52,789 bases of DNA from Desulfobacterales bacterium (GTDB lineage: Bacteria; Desulfobacterota; Desulfobacteria; Desulfobacterales; JAHEIW01), in assembly GCA_041559695.1 (NCBI GenBank), contig JBFFCW010000001.1, forward strand, positions 1 through 52,789. Direction: 5' to 3'. Both the position numbers and the translations under genes were made by a program. Under the pieces are notes generated by a model, which did no database searches, had not been told where the DNA came from, and was given only the letters and a program-made list of their open reading frames with translations. Below, piece after piece: positions 8,467 to 17,641 of this stretch; position 1 is the first letter of the stretch, and every line of letters starts with the position of its first letter.

Positions 8467-9867
8467 TTAAAACTTCATTTTTTCCTTCAAACGATTGACG
8501 CCGGCGATTTCGATATCGAGCAGCTCGGCAATTCTTACTTTTGCCTCAATTCCCTTGGCGCAACCCGGGACAGACGTAATGATCCCTAAGTCCAGCTCCT
8601 CGCGGACCTCTCTCATTACGTGTACATCCGACAGGTCGGCCGGGGAAACTTTTAGCTTTTTGGCAACGTAGGCTTTTGCGTCGTTGATCCGCATCTTGCG
8701 GGCCATCTGCATGCGGGCCACCAGATCTCCGGCGGTCCTGATTCCACCCATTCCTGCTGCCACTCCGTGAGCTATCGACATCCCCATGGGATCTCCCACG
8801 CCAATCTACAAACCGTCTACTTTGGCAATTTCCACCATGGCCTTCGACGCCCGGCTGACTGAATCGATAGGCGGTGTCTCGAATATCGGCGAGCCGCCAA
8901 CACCCATTCCCATGTTCACATGGATGGGGATGTTGGACGCTTCAACGCACGCTTTTACAAAGGTCACCGCTCTGGCCACATTCCACGGCATGTTTTTGCT
9001 GGGCTTGGTGTTTACCACCGGGCCAAAAATATCCGCCCCGGCTTGCTCCACGAGCTTGACTTGATCATGGCAGTACAAACCAGCGAGTTGCTGACCTTCA
9101 TATTCCAGACCGCCGTGCATACCGAGTACAAATTCTCCGGCCATTCCCACTTCAATGCACATATCGGTGTTTTTTTTCAGATGCTCGACGGCGTGCAGGG
9201 TGGCCTTAAAATCCGTATCGCCCGCAGCCCCGGTGGTATCGAAGTTTATCCCGTCACAACCGACCTCTGCGAGTCTTTCGCATACATAAACCATGTCCCG
9301 AATGGCGTGCTCCACCGCCCCTTCCTGGGCCTCATAGGACTCCTGGATCTTGCCCGCGGGCAGCAAATCCGAAGGATTTCCAAAAGGCCCGTCGGGACTG
9401 TAGTACAGACCCAGGTTTGGCATGGCGCCATAAAAGAGCGGCAGAATCGTTACCAGCAGCGCATTTTCCATTTCCTGCTGTTCCATAGCAATAACCGGCT
9501 TTACCGGCTTAAAGCTATAATCGATATGTCCCAGCTCCATGGTATCGGCACAAAATGCCCTTTCATGGACCTGGATGCCCTGCACCCGGCTCAGCGGTAT
9601 GCCGACACCGCTGTTGCCCTGGTCTCCCATCACCCGCAGGGTTCCGATATCGTGGGTGACGACCACTTCGTTCCCCGGCTCCACACTTACAAACCGAGTG
9701 GGGTTGGTAAAGATGTCCAGCAGGATGTCCAGATCATCTTTTGACAGCGGCGCTATCTTGCCCTTGTCGGCGGCGTCTGCAGTGCCCGCCTCCAAGTCGC
9801 TCATTATTTCCTCGGAAGTCATTTCAATGAGCGCTCCGTCCCCCCGTCTAGTAAGGTATTTCGCCAT
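8467..9867 (-). CDS. mtbB: Dimethylamine:corrinoid methyltransferase MtbB with in-frame UAG (Pyl) at 8806-8808, codon 354
   Basis: ORFs 8806-9885 and 8467-8799 are in the same frame and are separated only by TAG. The junction [16 protein letters not shown] equals the Methanosarcina MtbB VDG(I/L)-Pyl-IGVGDPLGM. The alignment holds over the full length ([24 protein letters not shown]). A strong RBS (GGAGGTGA) precedes ATG 9867. Confidence 0.9.
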
Positions 9868-9881
9868 ATTCTCACCTCCTT

Positions 9882-10526
9882 TCAACTGAATATTTCTTTG
9901 AGTTTCATCACCGTATCACCGGCGTTTTCCGCCCAAAAAGTCGCACCGATTTTGGCAGCCCAGTGTTCAGTGGTCGCCGCACCGCCGACCATAGTGGTCA
10001 GCTTGTCTCGAATTCCCGCGTCTTTCAGGGCTTGCTCAAGGGCTTTTTGCCCCACCTGGGTCGTTGTCATCAGCGCCGAGGAACCGACAACATCTGCGTC
10101 GGCCTCTTTTGCTTTTTCCACAAACGTCGCAATCGGTACATCTCGGCCCAGATCGATGACCTCAAAGCCGTAAACCCTAAGCATGGTGGCGACAATGCCT
10201 TTGCCGATGTCATGCACGTCCCCTTCGACCGTCCCGATCACAACCTTGGCCAGTTTCTTGCCGACCTGGTCTGCGGGCATGGCCTGTTCCAGTACCTTTA
10301 CCGCTGCCGTCATCGCCTCGGACGCGATGATCAGATGCGGTAAAAAGACCTCTCCGCGATCAAAGAGGTCCCCCAGTTTCCGGATGCCTTCAGAAAGACC
10401 TTTTTCGATCATCTCAACCGGATCGAGACCCTCATCTAAATATTCCTGGGCCAATTTCACTGCAGCTTGCTCATTTGCATCAATGATGTGCTGGGCAGCC
10501 TTTTCCATGAATTCCGCTTTGTCCAT
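9882..10526 (-). CDS. mtbC: B12-binding corrinoid protein (MtbC-like)
   Basis: DxHxxG motif (GDVHDIGK) plus SALMTTT and GGA motifs. It lies immediately upstream of mtbB. Confidence 0.85.
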   Translation of the reverse strand: MDKAEFMEKAAQHIIDANEQAAVKLAQEYLDEGLDPVEMIEKGLSEGIRKLGDLFDRGEVFLPHLIIASEAMTAAVKVLEQAMPADQVGKKLAKVVIGTVEGDVHDIGKGIVATMLRVYGFEVIDLGRDVPIATFVEKAKEADADVVGSSALMTTTQVGQKALEQALKDAGIRDKLTTMVGGAATTEHWAAKIGATFWAENAGDTVMKLKEIFS

Positions 10527-10696
10527 CGATATTCACCTCCTTTCTTGGTTAAGGTAAAAACCGCATTTGATTTTTCCTTTTTGATGTGTCTCTCTATGAA
10601 TACCTTAACTGCCGTGGTGACCGACTTGTTTTGGGTTGGATAAATTTGTGTGACTGGAATCATTTTCTATGCCTGACAGCGCACCGTTATTTCCCT

Positions 10697-12394
10697 TCAA
10701 GTTTCACCCTTGGCAGCATACAATTTTTTTTGTACAAAGACTTTTTCCTGACAGGATTTTTCACATCTCCTGCAGGCAAGCCCATTGCATCGGGCCAGAT
10801 CGATGGTAATAGAAAATTTCCCCTCCTCCTCTTCCAGGACAAGGGCCTCCTCGGGACATTCTTCGATACAGTCCTCACAGCCAACGCAGCCTTCGAAAGC
10901 AATCGTTTTATGTTCACCAATATCGGAAATAATCTCCAGGCCCTTGATCCCAAGATCCGGAATATCCTTTTGCACTGTTTTGATGACTTCTGGAATCATC
11001 TCAGTCTCTTTTAACGGTGGAAGACCGAATTTTTCCAAAAACTGCTGGTACTGATTCATGGGCATCCCCTGGGTCCAATAAGAAAGTTCCAGGATATACA
11101 CCTGTTCAAATACCTTGGACTCAGCGAACATGCAGTGATGCTGTCGAAGATCATCGGCGATGCGCTTCATGCGCCAGAGTTCATCCACACGCTTGACCAT
11201 ATCCCTGGCCATGGCCAGGGACGAGTTTCCCACCTGGTAGATTTTGTTAACCCCGGGCGGTATCATGCCGATTTCCTGGGCTTTGAGCGCATCTACGTAA
11301 GTACCAGAAGCACCGGACATATAAGCGGTTTCGACATCTTCCAGTCGGATCCCGGCCTCCTGACACAGGGAGATATGACCGGCCCTGACCGCGCCGATGG
11401 CCTTGCCGGCTTCCTCAAGATCTTTCTCCGTAAACTTGATCCCGTCGGGCAAATGGATTTTTGCGTCCGAAGTATGGATCTTGGGAAGCCGAATGGTATG
11501 GGTTTTAAGGTTCTGGCTGATCAGGGCAATAACCCCGGTCCCGGTTATGCCGACGGCTTTTTCCAGTCCTTTTTCAAGCAACGCTCCCGTGGCTGGATCC
11601 ACCGTATCGCCCGGCTGAACCGTCATCGTGTCATCGAGGATAAATGTTTTCATCCGCCTGCTGATCGCTTGATCTTCCTGCGGGTTGTCTGCAACGCCGA
11701 TACCTTCACCTTTTAACGCCTCAAACTCGACATCGCAGATGGCCCCGGGAAGCGCCAATAGTCCATCTTCTATGTGTTGACCTTCCAGGGCCGGTCCGGC
11801 GGCTGTTGAACCGGTATAAACCGTGCCGTCGACGATCAGGGCCATCTCGGCATTCGTACCGTAGTCTGTGGTAATGGCGATTTCATCGCTGTTCAGCATG
11901 CCGGTCTGAATCATCATCGCCAGTGCATCGGCACCGATTTCATGCCGAACCGCCGGGGGAACCAGGATATCCGTGTTTGGCGGCAGATTGAGCGCGGAAA
12001 TTTCGCGAGCTTTCATGATTTGCGCGTCTCTTTTGGGAGCCACCACTCCCAAAGACGCCAGTTTCCGTTTTCCCGCATAGGCAAGATCCCTGATTTCGAT
12101 CTCCTGGAAAAGGGAAAGCTGGATGGGGTTGCCACAGACCGCCAGCCTGACCACCTCATTATTTTCGATCTTTAGATGGTCAATTACCCGGTTGACGGCA
12201 TGCACCACAATTTTGTGGGCTCGATCAAGACCCATCTCAACGGCAAAATGAAGGTGATCCATGACATTGGCGCCCGGAAGGGGATGCCGGGTGGTGACAG
12301 CGGTGGACAAAATCCTTCCATTTTGATCCAGATCGAGGGCCTGCCCGCGAAAACCACTGGTGCCCAAATCCAATGCAACACCCAGTCTTGCCAT
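10697..12394 (-). CDS. ramA: RamA-type methylamine corrinoid activation protein (ASKHA ATPase plus C-terminal 2x[4Fe-4S] ferredoxin)
   Basis: Near-colinear with M. barkeri RamA: ALDLGTSGFR, RLAVCGNPIQLSLFQ, IGADALAMM, TDYGTNAEMAL and LSYWTQGMP. The C-terminus carries CVGCEDCIEECP and CRRCEKSC. Confidence 0.9.
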   Translation of the reverse strand: MARLGVALDLGTSGFRGQALDLDQNGRILSTAVTTRHPLPGANVMDHLHFAVEMGLDRAHKIVVHAVNRVIDHLKIENNEVVRLAVCGNPIQLSLFQEIEIRDLAYAGKRKLASLGVVAPKRDAQIMKAREISALNLPPNTDILVPPAVRHEIGADALAMMIQTGMLNSDEIAITTDYGTNAEMALIVDGTVYTGSTAAGPALEGQHIEDGLLALPGAICDVEFEALKGEGIGVADNPQEDQAISRRMKTFILDDTMTVQPGDTVDPATGALLEKGLEKAVGITGTGVIALISQNLKTHTIRLPKIHTSDAKIHLPDGIKFTEKDLEEAGKAIGAVRAGHISLCQEAGIRLEDVETAYMSGASGTYVDALKAQEIGMIPPGVNKIYQVGNSSLAMARDMVKRVDELWRMKRIADDLRQHHCMFAESKVFEQVYILELSYWTQGMPMNQYQQFLEKFGLPPLKETEMIPEVIKTVQKDIPDLGIKGLEIISDIGEHKTIAFEGCVGCEDCIEECPEEALVLEEEEGKFSITIDLARCNGLACRRCEKSCQEKVFVQKKLYAAKGET

Positions 12395-12464
12395 TCTATT
12401 GCTTATCTCCTGTCTCGATTGGAATTGCCATGCCGAAATTGGCAGAATTCGTTAATTTTCAACT

Positions 12465-12515
12465 TTGATGAATTCGTAAAAAGTTTGCTTTTCTGACTTT
12501 TTACGAGATTATCAA
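12465..12515. repeat. Palindromic element between the mtbA-like gene and ramA, related to 49119-49150
   Basis: TTGATGAATTCGTAAAAAGT-ttgcttttctg-ACTTTTTACGAGATTATCAA. The inner 10 bp are perfect. The 18-mer TTGATGAATTCGTAAAAA is identical to the reverse complement of 49133-49150. Confidence 0.65.
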
Positions 12516-12536
12516 CTTTCAATCGACACTTTTCAA

Positions 12537-13550
12537 TCAATGCGCCTCGGCCGCTTCCAGCATGGCCTTGAGGTTCAGCGTCGTCGTCGCCGGCCCGACC
12601 GCACAGCCCGGTGCCAGGATCTGGATGCCGTCGGCAATGGCCGTCTCGGCTTCCTGTTTTATCTCTTCGGGCCCATGCAAAAATAGGGTGGTCGCCACAT
12701 CTATTCCGCCCAACAACACAATATCCGGTCCGCATTTCTCCCTGGCAACCCGAGGATTTGTTTTCGGGTCCAGGCTTAGAACAGTCGCGCCGGTTTGCCC
12801 CATCCATTCGACAATGTTGTCGACCTTGCCGCAGATATGCAAAAGCGTCGGGACAGAGATGGCTTCAAACTGTCTGGTCTGATATTCCAATTCATAATCT
12901 TTGTATGTTTTCGGCGCAATCAGCTCAGGCGAGGCGGTCATATCTTCGCAGGAAATGATGTCGGCCCCGGCATCGATAAGCGCTTTTGCCAGCGTGGTTC
13001 CGGCCTTTTCCCCGATCTCCAACCAGGGCCGCATCTTTTCGGGTGCTTTGAAAGACGCCTTGAGAAGGGGAACCGTATCGATAAGAGAACCGGCAATGGT
13101 AAAAGGCCCGATGATTCCAGCCACCACCGGCACTTCATCGCCCAATTCCTTTTTTAAAATGCCGACGGCTTTGAGCAGTTCCGGAATAAACCCCCGCGAA
13201 AGAAAATCATCGGGGAATACCGGCGTGTCGTCAAGATTAAACGCCGGCGGGTGATCGATCCCCGGAATTCCTTCAACACCGCCCGGGCCCTTTCCCGGTT
13301 TTATCTTAGATCCTAAAGCGCGCGCTTCAAACGTTTGACAGAATGGAACTCTGACCGCGTCAAAACCCAGGACCGTATGTGAGGCAAGCGCCAGTTTGGC
13401 CATGGCTTCCCCGTCTTCATGCGCTTTGGGCCAAAAGGCTTGAACCGCATCCATTTGCTCGTAAGTTGCCATAGAGTTGGCTCCAAAACACGGCATCCGG
13501 TCCGGCTTTTCATGGTTGAGAACCGCCATAACACGTTCTTTCGAATTCAT
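12537..13550 (-). CDS. UroD-family methylcobamide methyltransferase (MtbA/MtaA-like)
   Basis: MNSKERVMAVLNHEKPDRMPCF..VRVPFCQTFEARALG..LHICG is typical of the MtaA/MtbA/UroD fold. RBS GGAGG before ATG 13550. Confidence 0.8.
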   Translation of the reverse strand: MNSKERVMAVLNHEKPDRMPCFGANSMATYEQMDAVQAFWPKAHEDGEAMAKLALASHTVLGFDAVRVPFCQTFEARALGSKIKPGKGPGGVEGIPGIDHPPAFNLDDTPVFPDDFLSRGFIPELLKAVGILKKELGDEVPVVAGIIGPFTIAGSLIDTVPLLKASFKAPEKMRPWLEIGEKAGTTLAKALIDAGADIISCEDMTASPELIAPKTYKDYELEYQTRQFEAISVPTLLHICGKVDNIVEWMGQTGATVLSLDPKTNPRVAREKCGPDIVLLGGIDVATTLFLHGPEEIKQEAETAIADGIQILAPGCAVGPATTTLNLKAMLEAAEAH

Positions 13551-13650
13551 TTAATAACCTCCTCGTCATTTAATTGGTTTTTTATTCATAACTGCCGCGC
13601 TATTTTTCAGATCTGGACGATTCTGTTGTATACCGAAAAAATAGGGGGCA

Positions 13651-13679
13651 TGAAGGGAAACTTGATTAGATTCCCTTCA
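13651..13679 (-). terminator. Possible intrinsic terminator or attenuator downstream of mttB
   Basis: A 9-bp stem (TGAAGGGAA / TTCCCTTCA) with an 11-nt loop. On the minus strand it is followed by UGCCCCCUAUUUUUUCGG. Confidence 0.35.
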
Positions 13680-13941
13680 AGCACCCCCCAATGCAAGACC
13701 CAATTAAAACAGTTCGAGTGTCTTGTTGCTTCGACTTAATGGATGATACATCCAGCCAATGTGAAGCGGGTGTGTGAATTCTGCAAAAAAGCGCCGGGCG
13801 GTTTCACCGGCCTCCTTGGTCGGAAATATTGCCCTGCTTTTTTACGAATTGCGCCTCCATCTGAAACGTCACTGCTGAAGTATCATCTGAATTTACCTGC
13901 CGAAATCGATTGCATCGCAAAATAGCAACCTGGCGGATCAA

Positions 13942-15435
13942 TTATTTCTCCGCGGCTTTTGCGGCTTCTTCCGCTTCTAAAGCTTCCTGCTCTTCAACGA
14001 TGGAACGTAGTTTCGACGACACATCTTTGGGCAACGGAACCGGCTTATGGTTTTCCAAAATGTGGCGGGCTTCTTCTGCAGCCGCCTCGGCCATATCTTT
14101 GCCGCCACGTTTTTGCCAGGCCCCTCTCATCCGCCGGTCGATCAGCTTTACCTTGGACTGCTCCGGTCCCATATACTGCCGGGTATGCTTCTGAGCTAAA
14201 AAGTCCTTTCCGGCCCCGACCCTCTTGATGAGTTCAACCGCCAGGGTGTCATCGTTGATGGGTACACCTTGAACAACTCTTTTGCACATCCGGGCGATCT
14301 CATTATCAATCACAAGCTGGGCAAAGCTGAAAGTCACACCTAACTCCAACATACCCATCCCATAAATGAGATTTGCGCCCGCCAATGCCGGCAGCAGGGA
14401 GGTCATGGTTTTCTCATGCCCTGCTTGGACATCGGAAACCTTGCTGTCAGCCTACGCACCGGCGACATAGCTGGGTAAAAGGTACTTGCGTGCCAATGCC
14501 GTAACACCGGCACTGATCATGCCCAGTTCCGGTGCTCCCACCGGAGCGGTGGCATAGGTTAAATCAAAGGTTGTAGTCGAGCTGCCGTAAATCACCGGAG
14601 CGCCTTTGGCAGTCAACTGGGCCAGAACAATGCCGGACAACACTTCGGCATTGTGGGTCACCAGGGTCCCGCCAACGGTGACAGGGGAAGAAGCCCCTGA
14701 CATGGCCATGGAAAGAACGTTCACCGGAACCCCCGCCTTGGCGCACTCGATAATGATTTCAGCCGTATGAGTATGCAGCTCCAACGGGCTGGTGGGACAC
14801 ACCAGAGCGGAAACCAGGGGCCGCCTCCGCAGCTCGTCCATTCCGCCAATGATTTCGGCGGCCATTTCAAAAAACTTTTTGGCCCCGTCTCCGCCGGTCA
14901 GGTCAATGTGCTGACAGTGCTTGGACGTATTGCTCAAAAACGCCTCGGCTTCGTTTAAATCGGTGGCCCGTTCGACGTCTCTGGCCACCACTGCGCTGGA
15001 GTAAACATCCACATTATCCATGGCGTCACATGCCAGCGCGGTATGTCCGACATCCTGTTTGTTGGATTCCCGGAACTCACCGTTAAAGGGATCCACCACC
15101 ATGACGCCGGCGCCAAAGCTGGTGAATCCGACTCTGCCACCCTGCAGGGTGACATCATATTCCGGGGTTCGTCCGGCCAGCAGGATGGTGCTGGGAGCGG
15201 AACTAATGGCATCTTCCACCAGATGGGGAGGAATTCGAACATGGTTGTTCTCACGGTCCACGTAGGCGCCGCCATTTTCGAAAATATCCATGGCTTCGTC
15301 ACAATGAACCCCGACGCCGTAGTTTTGCAGGACGTCCAAGGTGGCGAGATGAATCTCGGTCAATTCATCATCGGTGAACATGCTCAACCCCCAGCCATCC
15401 ATGGTGCTGATGCCTGGTTGAAGTCCTCTGATCAT
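13942..15435 (-). CDS. mttB: Trimethylamine:corrinoid methyltransferase MttB with in-frame UAG (Pyl) at 14452-14454, codon 328
   Basis: ORFs 14452-15444 and 13942-14406 are in the same frame. Reading through gives [49 protein letters not shown], against M. barkeri [40 protein letters not shown] before ATG 15435. Confidence 0.9.
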
Positions 15436-15455
15436 AAGTATCACCTCCTTTGCTG

Positions 15456-16100
15456 CTATTTGATTAATTCTTTGGCTTTGAGAACCGTATCGTTCGCATC
15501 CTCAGCATAGCAATCGCAACCGATTTTATCCGCCCATTCCTGGGTGGTTGCCGCTCCACCGATCATGGTTTTAAAATTATCCCTGATACCGGCTTTGCGC
15601 AGCTTTTCTTCAAGGATTTTTTGCCCACCCATGGTCGTGGTCATCAGGGAAGAAGAGCCCAGTATATCCGGTTTAAGCTCTTTGGCCTTCTCAACGAACT
15701 CGTCGATCGGCACATCCCGGCCCAGATCATGAACTTCAAAGCCATAAACTTTCAGCATTGTCGCCACAATCCGTTTGCCGATATCATGGATGTCACCTTC
15801 GATGGTTCCAATGACGACGGTGCCTAACGATTCTGCAACTTCTTCCTTTGGAATATGCGGTTCCATTATCGCAATGGCCTTTGTCATGGCCTCGGCGGCT
15901 ACCAGGACACCGGGAAGGGGAATTTCTTCATTTGCGAAACCGTCACCCACCTCGGTCATTGCCGGTGACAAGCCTTCATTAATGATTTCCACCGGGTTGA
16001 TCCCCTCTTCAATGACTTTTTTGGCCATGGCCTCGGCAGCTTCCTCGTCACCCTGCACGACAGCCTGCCGGGCCTCTTTTAACAGGTCTTCCTTGCTCAT
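15456..16100 (-). CDS. mttC: B12-binding corrinoid protein (MttC-like)
   Basis: GDIHDIGK, SSLMTTT and GGAATT motifs. RBS [9 protein letters not shown]. It is the first gene of the minus-strand string and ends in TAG, with a TGA five codons later. Confidence 0.85.
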   Translation of the reverse strand: MSKEDLLKEARQAVVQGDEEAAEAMAKKVIEEGINPVEIINEGLSPAMTEVGDGFANEEIPLPGVLVAAEAMTKAIAIMEPHIPKEEVAESLGTVVIGTIEGDIHDIGKRIVATMLKVYGFEVHDLGRDVPIDEFVEKAKELKPDILGSSSLMTTTMGGQKILEEKLRKAGIRDNFKTMIGGAATTQEWADKIGCDCYAEDANDTVLKAKELIK

Positions 16101-16404
16101 CGGATCACCTCCTTTCTATTTTTCTCATAGAATGTTAGTGTGTTACCGGTTGACTTTATTTCTCCCGCTTCGGTTCAGATATAACGGTTCGACGTCCCCC
16201 CTGGTGGGAATTTTGCAGGAATTCCTCTGATTTTCATCATCGGTTCCGGATTGCGTCCCTTGGGGATCGGATTATTCAATCCGGCAAATCCGCGTGAATA
16301 TATTATCACCTCCCTCCGAATCGTACGGTTTTGAAGATGAGGGGAATGAAACGTCGCCCATAAACAAACTGGATCAGAAAATGGCATAAAAAATATCTGA
16401 AATT

Positions 16405-16454
16405 ATTGCAATAGTCCATTGGATGATTTTTGTTGGCATGCGGGTCTATTTTGG
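16405..16454 (-). promoter_or_regulatory. Conserved ~50-bp operator/promoter box, copy A, upstream of mttC-mttB
   Basis: The minus strand reads CCAAAATAGACC-N12-AAAATCATCCAATGGACTATTGCAAT. The same 12+12+26 layout occurs in copies B-D and E. A TTGCAA hexamer is followed 17 bp later by TATGCC. Confidence 0.6.
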
Positions 16455-16605
16455 TTTCCATTGAGCCTGATAAGGATTTGTATATATATATGATATTTTA
16501 AAATTTTTGTAAACGCTCAGCCACCAGCACGCAACGGCATCTACTGTTTCCTGTGGAATGATTGTCGATTTAAGGTGTTCTGTCAATCTTAATTGGCAAA
16601 CAGTT

Positions 16606-16655
16606 AAAAAATAGTCCCGCATCCTTTTGAAAATCATCCAATGGACGATTGCAAT
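16606..16655 (+). promoter_or_regulatory. Conserved operator/promoter box, copy B, upstream of mtmC-mtmB
   Basis: AAAAAATAGTCC-N12-AAAATCATCCAATGGACGATTGCAAT. TTGCAA, then 17 bp, then TAATTA (16672-16677). It is divergent from copy A. Confidence 0.6.
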
Positions 16656-16975
16656 TCTATTACACCTTGACTAATTAAACTTCTTATTATTAACTGGCCG
16701 AACTAGCGCCTTTTGCAGACAAGAGGCGGCAACGGCCAATCGGCAGCCTGCCGTTTCAGTTACTGAATTCGGGAAAGTTTAGATTCTACCTCGATTGAGC
16801 GTTTTTTGAAAAGAAGTGTACCGGATTTGTGTCCATCAGGATTTGCGAAAACCGCAGGCATACCTGTGGCCAGATCGATGATTTTCGTCCCGCCCAGGCG
16901 AGAATGCGCAAGAGACCGGTACGTCTCAAGCAAAAAATCGCTCAATTCAGGTCCTCATGAAAGGAGGTGAAATTA

Positions 16976-17614
16976 ATGTCTGAAAAGGAAATGTTCGAGC
17001 GTTTGAAAAAAAGCGTTATTGATATGGACGAGGAGGGCGCCAAGGCGGCGGCCAATGATGCGATCGCACAAAAGCTTGATCCCCTTGCCTGTATTGAAGG
17101 GGGTTTGTCCGCAGCCATGAAGGTGATCAGCGACAAGTTTGATAGCGCCGAGATTTATGTGCCGCAGATCATTCTTGCGGCCGAGGCCTTTACAGCCGCC
17201 GTAGACATTCTGGCATCCCACATCGAGGGAGGCTACGCCGGCAAGGGTAAAATTATCCTTCATACCGTTGAAGGGGACATTCATGACATCGGCAAAAACA
17301 TTGTCGGGATCCTGTTGCAGGCCAACGGCTTTGAGGTTATCGATTTAGGGCGGGACGTGGCTGTCGTTGATGTGGTTGACGCAGCCGTTGAGAAGGGTGT
17401 TGATGTGATTGCCGGTTCGGCTCTGATGACGACCACGATGCCTGCTCAACGGGAGATCATGGATGAGTTGAAAGACCGCGGCATCAAGGACCAATTCAAG
17501 TGCCTCTTTGGTGGCGCCCCCACGAGTCAGGAATGGGTGGACCAGATCGGCGCTGATGCATGGGCGGAAAACGCCGCGGAAGCAGTGACTGTTGTCAACG
17601 AATTAACGAGCTAA
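16976..17614 (+). CDS. mtmC: B12-binding corrinoid protein (MtmC-like)
   Basis: GDIHDIGK, SALMTTT and GGAPT motifs. AAGGAGGTGA at 16961-16970 precedes ATG 16976. The ORF track's start at 16967 lies inside the RBS. Confidence 0.85.
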   Translation: MSEKEMFERLKKSVIDMDEEGAKAAANDAIAQKLDPLACIEGGLSAAMKVISDKFDSAEIYVPQIILAAEAFTAAVDILASHIEGGYAGKGKIILHTVEGDIHDIGKNIVGILLQANGFEVIDLGRDVAVVDVVDAAVEKGVDVIAGSALMTTTMPAQREIMDELKDRGIKDQFKCLFGGAPTSQEWVDQIGADAWAENAAEAVTVVNELTS

Positions 17615-17641
17615 ACGTTTTAGCGGAAAGGAGGGATATAC

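Noticed and set aside
13597-13625. GCGCTATTTTTCAGATCTGGACGATTCTG is a partial match to the regulon box, upstream of the mtbA-like gene.
   Set aside because: The half-sites are in a different order and spacing from the five good copies, and their orientation does not fit the downstream gene. At most it is a degenerate relic.
16433-16450. TTGGCATGCGGGTC resembles a sigma-54 -24 element (TGGCA).
   Set aside because: No TTGC/TGCA -12 element lies at the required spacing, and the sequence overlaps the distal half-site of box copy A on the other strand.
16101-16975. I looked for a cobalamin riboswitch in the ~300-nt leaders of mttC and mtmC.
   Set aside because: I could not find a B12-box-like core or the characteristic GGTG..AAA..TCC and GCCACTG segments. 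This is left open as an unexplained long leader and needs an Rfam scan.
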